The translations under genes were made by a program, and so were the position numbers. Source: Candidatus Hikarchaeia archaeon HikBin4 (GTDB taxonomy: Archaea > Halobacteriota > Halobacteria > Halobacteriales > Hikarchaeaceae). From it: a stretch of DNA of 33,637 bases. The stretch is taken from NCBI GenBank assembly GCA_009889685.1, contig WTZT01000001.1:1-33637 (forward strand). The letters run 5' to 3'. Positions 28,497 to 33,637 of the stretch are shown here, piece by piece. Each line of letters begins with the position of its first letter. Within the stretch, counting starts at the first letter, position 1. The notes beneath the pieces were generated by a model that did not search any database, was not told the origin of the DNA, and worked only from the letters and a program-made list of their open reading frames with translations.

Positions 28497-29569
28497 ACCC
28501 CAAAGACCTCCTCGGCATTTTTCGCCAGAATCCCGGCCTTCTCCTCCTCTGTCAGGAATGTCAACCCAGCTATCGCACTTGGATCATCAAAATCTTCGTG
28601 AGGATAGTCTGACGCATACATAAGACGCTCCGGACCACCAAGCATCTCGATAACATATTGTAGATACTTCTTATCTGGAACTATCTCCATTGGCTGAGTT
28701 CCATAATAAAATTCTTTCATATATTCTGAAGGACGCTTTCTCAGCAACACCGCCTCGTCTTGCATTCTAAGATATTCCATATCCATCCGATACATCATCA
28801 TTGGTATCCAAAACAAACCAGTTTCCTGGAACACAAAATTTAGTTTGGGGAACTTCTCAGGAACCCCTTGGGCGACGACATTCGCAATTGTTGTCATATT
28901 ATCAAATAAAAATCCTAGAGCATGTGTCTCCATTATTGTTGTAAAACCTGATACCCATCCAAAATTATCTAGAGTGGCACTACCTCCGTGGAACAACACA
29001 GGTAAATCCGCACGTTGGCACGCATCGTAAATTGGATCATATTTCCTATGCCCCATTGGGGGTTGAATTCGAGCTGTCAACACACAAGCACCAATAACTG
29101 CCTTTTCATCAGCGTATTCATCTATGAGTTCTGCAGCCTTCACCGGGTCATTATATGGAACTGGAATTGACATATACATGCCCTCGTCTGCATCTGCTAT
29201 TTTATCAAGCATATATTGTATATATGCCTCTGCAAACTTCGTCTGCCGCTTGTCTTCCTCTAGCATAGCAAATGTGAGAATTTGTTCAGATAACAACAAT
29301 ATTTTGTCAAAGGACATTTCTTCCATTAGCTGTACAACCCCCTCCTTTGTATTGAAATCAACATCCCGCCTCTTAATGCTAGGATAATTAAATCCATCCG
29401 GTCTTGATAGACTTGGCCAAAATGATATGGGCACGCTCCTTTTGGTTGTACTACCATACTCAAACTTTAATTTCCATGGATCGTCATCGTCAATATAATC
29501 CACTATATCATACAAAGTTTCTACGTAGTGGGCATCCGTATCAAAAATAGTCTTTCCACCCATTGTCAT
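28493..29569 (-). CDS. Amidohydrolase_2 (ACMSD / non-oxidative decarboxylase / hydratase superfamily) protein
   Basis: N-terminal FDTDAHYVE (acidic-x-His first metal box), VLFHGGS, and C-terminal MYASDYPHEDF. Confidence 0.8.
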   Translation of the reverse strand: MTMGGKTIFDTDAHYVETLYDIVDYIDDDDPWKLKFEYGSTTKRSVPISFWPSLSRPDGFNYPSIKRRDVDFNTKEGVVQLMEEMSFDKILLLSEQILTFAMLEEDKRQTKFAEAYIQYMLDKIADADEGMYMSIPVPYNDPVKAAELIDEYADEKAVIGACVLTARIQPPMGHRKYDPIYDACQRADLPVLFHGGSATLDNFGWVSGFTTIMETHALGFLFDNMTTIANVVAQGVPEKFPKLNFVFQETGLFWIPMMMYRMDMEYLRMQDEAVLLRKRPSEYMKEFYYGTQPMEIVPDKKYLQYVIEMLGGPERLMYASDYPHEDFDDPSAIAGLTFLTEEEKAGILAKNAEEVFGV

Positions 29570-29595
29570 ATCGATCTATTAGGTCTTGAAATACC

Positions 29596-29603
29596 AAATA
29601 TAA
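29596..29603 (-). promoter_or_regulatory. TATA element for the amidohydrolase-Rieske transcription unit
   Basis: On the minus strand, TTATATTT is centred about 30 nt upstream of the ATG at 29569. Confidence 0.4.
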
Positions 29604-29613
29604 GTCGATTTAG

Positions 29614-29629
29614 TAATCCCGGGGGATTA
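29614..29629. promoter_or_regulatory. Perfect 7-2-7 inverted repeat TAATCCC-GG-GGGATTA, a candidate operator or activator site
   Basis: Read directly from the sequence. It lies 11-26 bp upstream of the candidate TATA box, in the 93-bp gap between the ThDP-enzyme and amidohydrolase genes. Confidence 0.3.
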
Positions 29630-29662
29630 ATCACTCCTTGGATACAATATGTTATTGATATA

Positions 29663-31354
29663 TCAATCTGAAAACTTAACATGTATCACCGCGGGTTTTC
29701 CATTCTCAGTCGCTTCTATTGCTCCCCCCAGTGCAGCCTCTAACCGATCTAATTCAACAACAGATTCTGTGTGGCTATCCACAATTTGTGAAGGGGCTGT
29801 AAAGTCGATTGGGTGATTGAATCTGCTCTCTGGAATTCCATCTTGAACAGCTATTCCTTCGGGATGAGTTCTCTTAGTTGAACCTCTAACCGCATTCCAC
29901 CCTTCATTATCATACACTACTGTCAGGGTAGGCACTTTCCTCTCTGCGGATAACCATGCCGTAACCGAAGGGTGCGAGAAAAGATATGCTCCATCTCCTA
30001 CTAAACACCAAGTCTCTCTATCTGGAAATGCCATTTTGGCTCCAACTGCAGCCCCCCCCGCAAACCCAAGCCCAGATCCATACTTTGCAATGTAACTTCC
30101 TGGGTTGACCAACTCTAAATTATTTAGTATACCCCCCGTGCTAGTGGTAGCATCCGTTACTATCATTGCATTTTTGTCCTTCACTCTATTGATGACGGCA
30201 GAAATAGTTGCAGAATTTAATTTGTTATCTTTAATTTGTTCATTAACACTTTCACTTCGTTTTTCTCTCTTTTTCGCACTGATATTTCCCCAAAACAATC
30301 GCCCACTTTCGCCATCTGCTGGATCTAATTTTTCAGATACTAATTTTAGTGTCTTAATAGGATCTGCAGCTATTGCCATATCTATATCAAAATCCCAATG
30401 TGGGTATGTGTGCTTCAGTGGATTATTTTCAATTTGAATTATTGGAATTTCCTTTGATGGGGCCGAAATAGAGGGAACCCATGGAACATCTGTATCGGCT
30501 AATATTATTAAATCAGCATGATCAAATACATCACCCGGAACGAAACCAACATGTTGTGGATGATTTCGTGGAAAATTCAACACACATGGGGCATGCTCAA
30601 TTACCCCTGTCCCTGAAACTTCAACAAATTCTATCAACGCAGAAACATTTTCATTTACGGGAGGACTTCCCATCCGACTAGTAATTATTACTGGACGCTC
30701 TGCAGATTCTACAAACGAAGAAATATCTTTAACAGTCTTTTCGTCCGCACCTGTCGTTCTAATTGAAATGGGACCTCTGAAATCCAATGAACATTTTACT
30801 TCTAATGCTTCTCTTGCAGCTGTCAAATAGACTGGACCTGCCGGAGGTCCTTTCGATAAAGCAACCGCACGCCTAATCATAGAAACTGGATTTGCAGGGG
30901 GCCTATATTCTGTCACCCATCTGCAGTACTCTCTTACGATATCCGACTGCTGAAAAGTATCCTGTAGGTAGTGCACCACGTGATCTCTTGACCCAACATG
31001 ACCCGTGTCGGTTACCGGGGCCAGCCCAGCTATTATTATCACTGGGATATTCGACCGATGGGCATTATGCATTGCTGCACCGAGATTTTGAGTTCCCACA
31101 TCTACATGAACCAACACCGCCTGAGGTTTTCCGGTGGCAGCTGTGTACCCGTGCGCGGTACTAAGTGCAACAAATTCATGGGGGCAAACAACAACTTCCG
31201 GCATCTTTCCATCTCCTCTTCTGATCTTTGCAGCCGCTTCTATCAATGGAGTGTGATCCGTTCCATAATTAGCAAACAAATATTCTACACCTTGGAGTGA
31301 CAACGAACGAAGAATGGCTTCTGCAGCAGTAATTTTCTCTTTTTTGGAGCTCAT
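29663..31354 (-). CDS. Thiamine-diphosphate-dependent enzyme (acetolactate synthase / benzoylformate decarboxylase / sulfoacetaldehyde acetyltransferase superfamily)
   Basis: N-terminal VEYLFANYGTDH...CPHEFVALSTAHGY (catalytic Glu region). ThDP-binding motif LVGDGAYLFS...VVYDNEGWN. 563 aa. Confidence 0.85.
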   Translation of the reverse strand: MSSKKEKITAAEAILRSLSLQGVEYLFANYGTDHTPLIEAAAKIRRGDGKMPEVVVCPHEFVALSTAHGYTAATGKPQAVLVHVDVGTQNLGAAMHNAHRSNIPVIIIAGLAPVTDTGHVGSRDHVVHYLQDTFQQSDIVREYCRWVTEYRPPANPVSMIRRAVALSKGPPAGPVYLTAAREALEVKCSLDFRGPISIRTTGADEKTVKDISSFVESAERPVIITSRMGSPPVNENVSALIEFVEVSGTGVIEHAPCVLNFPRNHPQHVGFVPGDVFDHADLIILADTDVPWVPSISAPSKEIPIIQIENNPLKHTYPHWDFDIDMAIAADPIKTLKLVSEKLDPADGESGRLFWGNISAKKREKRSESVNEQIKDNKLNSATISAVINRVKDKNAMIVTDATTSTGGILNNLELVNPGSYIAKYGSGLGFAGGAAVGAKMAFPDRETWCLVGDGAYLFSHPSVTAWLSAERKVPTLTVVYDNEGWNAVRGSTKRTHPEGIAVQDGIPESRFNHPIDFTAPSQIVDSHTESVVELDRLEAALGGAIEATENGKPAVIHVKFSD

Positions 31355-31385
31355 CTTTGACTATATTAGTATCTTCATTCGTTTA

Positions 31386-32030
31386 TCACTTCTGCGACAT
31401 CGATCCCCCAATCTCATCAGGATATTTTTGGGACCCCTCTTTAGTTTTCCGTGCAACAAGTGACGCTACCGCCATCGATCCTCTATCCACTCTTCGAATC
31501 CCCTCCTTATAATATAGGACTGTCATATCTCTGAAATGATCCAGCAGCTCGTTTGATTTAAATCGATATTTATCTTTACTTGGGCCTCTATCCACCTGAT
31601 CTTCTGTTCTAATGTGGTGCTCGTATATGATCATCCCCCCAGGTCTCAGTGATTTCTTAATCGTTTGCATCATGTTTTTTTCACAAAAAAAGAAGTCAAC
31701 TACTATGACATCATATTCCCTCTCTGCAAACTCAAATTCATCAATATCTCCTAATATCCAATTAACATTCACCCCCGCATTCTTCCCGCGCTCCTTTGCC
31801 CTTGACAAAGCAATAGTAGAAACATCTATTGCATCTACTTCGTAACCCATTTCTGCCAAATACACAGAATTCCTCCCATTTCCACAAGCCACTTCCAAAC
31901 AACGTTTTCCCTTCCATTCTGTCCCTTCTATTGCTATCTTTATTAGAGAAGAAGCTTCGCTCCTCGGACGATATTCTCCCGACAAGTATCTTTCATCCCA
32001 TTTAGCACCTTGGTTACTTTTACTTGTCAT
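31386..32030 (-). CDS. TehB-like class I SAM-dependent methyltransferase
   Basis: LEVACGNGRNSVYLAEMGYEVDAIDVS closely resembles E. coli TehB ([21 protein letters not shown].A.D). The C-terminal ...VASLVARK is also TehB-like. I prefer the ATG at 32030, which overlaps the upstream gene by 11 nt. Confidence 0.8.
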   Translation of the reverse strand: MTSKSNQGAKWDERYLSGEYRPRSEASSLIKIAIEGTEWKGKRCLEVACGNGRNSVYLAEMGYEVDAIDVSTIALSRAKERGKNAGVNVNWILGDIDEFEFAEREYDVIVVDFFFCEKNMMQTIKKSLRPGGMIIYEHHIRTEDQVDRGPSKDKYRFKSNELLDHFRDMTVLYYKEGIRRVDRGSMAVASLVARKTKEGSQKYPDEIGGSMSQK

Positions 32031-32610
32031 TTCTTTCCATTCTTTCCGATAAACCAATTGTTTCTTGTACCATCTCTTCTATTCTATTTTTCACTTCCAG
32101 ACTCTCCAAGTCAAAGCCCCCACCTCCGAAATCAGGCTCTATAGCAAAGACGCTCGTATTGGCAACTTCTACTCCTAAATAAACGAACACCGGTCTTAAT
32201 TGCGAGTCAATTATTAAATTATGCTGTCTATTCCGTCCAGACATCACAATACCAGCAACTCTTTTTTTTTCTTTGAATTCTTGCCATGGTGTGTAATCAA
32301 TAAGATTCTTAAGTGCCCCCGAAATTCCTAAAAAATATACTGGAGATCCGATAAAGTAAATATCCGCATCAAGATACTTCTTTACAGTCTCTCTAGTCAC
32401 ATCATCCCATTCATTTTGATCCTTACTCCTGAAAACTGGTAATTCTATACTCCCTAGATCTATATTCTCATATTCTAAATTTTTACTTTCTAACACTTCT
32501 CCCACATATTTCATCAACGCCCTAACTCTAGATGGTTCCCTCCGACTACCGCAAATCACCACGATGTTAGCTGAATTAATAGATCCCATACTAGCAACAT
32601 ATGATTTCAT
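32020..32610 (-). CDS. NADPH-dependent FMN reductase family protein
   Basis: The IVVICGSRREPSRVRAL flavodoxin-like phosphate-binding start, then FIGSPVYFLGISGALKNLID. I prefer the ATG at 32610, preceded by GAGGT. The ATG at 32589 and the TTG at 32643 are alternatives. Confidence 0.75.
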   Translation of the reverse strand: MKSYVASMGSINSANIVVICGSRREPSRVRALMKYVGEVLESKNLEYENIDLGSIELPVFRSKDQNEWDDVTRETVKKYLDADIYFIGSPVYFLGISGALKNLIDYTPWQEFKEKKRVAGIVMSGRNRQHNLIIDSQLRPVFVYLGVEVANTSVFAIEPDFGGGGFDLESLEVKNRIEEMVQETIGLSERMERNDK

Positions 32611-32713
32611 CCCTTTTACCTCTTCTTCATATTTTTCTGCCAATCTAGAACAGTAATCTTTTCACCCCTTCGAAGAAGATTTCTTTCACAGCTACACATT
32701 TAAAGATATAATC

Positions 32714-33637
32714 GTGAAACAAGAAACTATCCCCGAAGTCAATATAGGCCTTGTTGGTCATGTCGACCATGGGAAAACAACACTAGTAAAAGCGTTGTCT
32801 GGAACCTGGACTGATCAACACTCTGAAGAACTCAAACGTGGCATTTCAATTCGACTTGGCTATGCAGACGCGACATTTAGAAAATGCCCCGATTGCGAAG
32901 ATCCAACTTCTTATCTATTATCTGAAACCTGCCCCCATCATAACAAAAAAACGGATCCCTTACGTACTGTCTCTTTTGTAGATGCACCTGGGCATGAAAC
33001 TCTCATGGCGACCATGTTATCTGGGGCGGCACTTATGGATGGGGCAGTATTAGTCGTCAGCGCAACCGAATCAGTACCCCAACCCCAAACAGAGGAACAT
33101 TTAATGGCCCTAGAAACCATTGGAATCTCAAACATAGTCATTGCTCAAACCAAGATAGATCTAGTCGATTTTGAAACTGCCAGAGACCACTATGAAAAAC
33201 TCAAAGAATTTTTTTCTGGAACTATAGCTAAAAATGCCCCTATAATTCCTATTTGCGCTGATCAAAACATCAATATAGATTCCCTCATCAAATCAATAGA
33301 AGAACATATACCAACACCCAAACGAGATGGAAAATCTCCCCCTCTGATGTATGTGGCTAGAAGTTTTGATATAAATCGTCCCGGGGCAACTTGGGACCAG
33401 TTAGTGGGAGGCGTTTTAGGAGGATCTCTCGTTCAAGGACAGTTCTCTGTTGGAGATGAATTAGAAATATCTCCTGGAAGGCGCATATCCACTTCAGGCA
33501 AAATTGAATACCTCCCCATCATAGCAACCATAAAATCCATTAGAGCTGGTAATTCTACTCTTGACACAGTCGGGCCCGGGGGTCTCATAGGAATTGGAAC
33601 TGGGCTAGATCCTTCTCTCACAAAAAGCGATGGTTTG
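32714..33637 (+). CDS. eif2g: Translation initiation factor aIF2 gamma subunit. The 3' end is cut by the window edge.
   Basis: It is absent from the ORF track because it runs off the window. [55 protein letters not shown]..., Zn-knuckle CPDC, and DAPGHE. The frame is open to base 33637. Confidence 0.93.
   Translation, partial: MKQETIPEVNIGLVGHVDHGKTTLVKALSGTWTDQHSEELKRGISIRLGYADATFRKCPDCEDPTSYLLSETCPHHNKKTDPLRTVSFVDAPGHETLMATMLSGAALMDGAVLVVSATESVPQPQTEEHLMALETIGISNIVIAQTKIDLVDFETARDHYEKLKEFFSGTIAKNAPIIPICADQNINIDSLIKSIEEHIPTPKRDGKSPPLMYVARSFDINRPGATWDQLVGGVLGGSLVQGQFSVGDELEISPGRRISTSGKIEYLPIIATIKSIRAGNSTLDTVGPGGLIGIGTGLDPSLTKSDGL

Noticed and set aside
25333-32643. An apparent compositional island. 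The cluster proteins are Ser-poor and Gly/Glu/Lys-rich, and use TTG, GGG and CGG codons. Neighbouring genes such as mdh, hel308, glyS and the CoxL-like gene do not.
   Set aside because: Minus-strand housekeeping genes (uvrB, thrC, serB) show the same G-ending, CCC-free usage. The contrast therefore tracks gene orientation (the strand-wide C>G skew), not foreign origin. There is no integrase, tRNA or flanking repeat. Horizontal origin is neither supported nor excluded.
32699-32710. A TATA-like TTTAAAGATATA directly before the aIF2-gamma GTG.
   Set aside because: It ends only 4 nt before the GTG at 32714, far too close to drive a transcript containing that start. No later in-frame start would preserve the conserved N-terminus, so I do not call it a promoter.
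744-33621. About 45 ORFs of 60-167 aa in the six-frame track. They lie antisense to, or out of frame within, the large genes (examples: 744-1040, 6457-6891, 8347-8667, 8974-9339, 11073-11576, 20588-20989, 24009-24374, 30105-31300, 32938-33141, 33433-33621).
   Set aside because: Each is wholly or almost wholly embedded in a CDS supported by strong family motifs. Their translations are low-complexity (Ser/Pro/Leu-rich) with no motifs. Long antisense ORFs are expected by chance opposite real genes.
1-33637. I looked for CRISPR arrays, IS elements, integrases, toxin-antitoxin pairs, restriction-modification or other defence genes, rRNA and tRNA genes, and inteins in UvrB, GlyRS, Hef and Hel308.
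   Set aside because: I saw no regularly spaced repeats. Every ORF over 60 aa outside known genes is accounted for. No intergenic gap is long or GC-structured enough for a tRNA. All the large proteins have normal lengths with contiguous motifs, so there is no room for an intein. The scan was by eye, so short or degenerate repeats could have been missed.

Overview
This is an archaeal chromosomal segment. By my gene calls it is about 96% coding, and hand sampling puts it at roughly 42-46% G+C. Gene content and local synteny resemble a low-GC, compact relative of the Halobacteria: a LysW-type arginine operon tail, LDH-like malate dehydrogenase, a hel308-cgi121 pair, Hef, bacterial-type UvrB/UvrC, and aIF2-gamma. 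Many promoters look leaderless, with a TATA box about 26-30 nt before the start codon. All family calls rest on motif recognition by eye, since no searches were run.

Gene order, left to right:
- argD (5' truncated), argE/lysK and argF, joined by ATGA overlaps.
- A serine/threonine/methionine block: class-V aminotransferase, metX, serB, serA, thrC.
- A repair and translation block: uvrC, uvrB, a small acidic ORF, glyS, hef, a small membrane protein, a p27-type zinc-ribbon protein, mdh, a 3-Cys ferredoxin, hel308-cgi121.
- An accessory-looking region (22.6-32.6 kb): a small membrane ORF, an orphan molybdenum-hydroxylase large subunit, then seven minus-strand genes: CocE/NonD hydrolase, LLM flavin/F420 oxidoreductase, small Rieske protein, amidohydrolase_2, ThDP enzyme, TehB-like methyltransferase, NADPH-FMN reductase.
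- aIF2-gamma, 3' truncated at the window edge.

I found no rRNA, tRNA, CRISPR array, transposase, integrase or recognisable defence system.

The most notable observations are:
1. C exceeds G on the given strand whatever the gene orientation. Synonymous codon choice, and apparently amino-acid composition, therefore flips with gene orientation.
2. The uncharacterised 25.3-32.6 kb oxidoreductase/hydrolase cluster is the best candidate here for undescribed metabolism. It includes a translationally coupled amidohydrolase-Rieske pair and an overlapping FMN-reductase/TehB-like methyltransferase pair.
3. There are several candidate cis-elements: a tandem motif before metX, a 7-2-7 palindrome before the amidohydrolase promoter, and a leaderless micro-ORF.

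None of these functional ideas can be proven from sequence alone.
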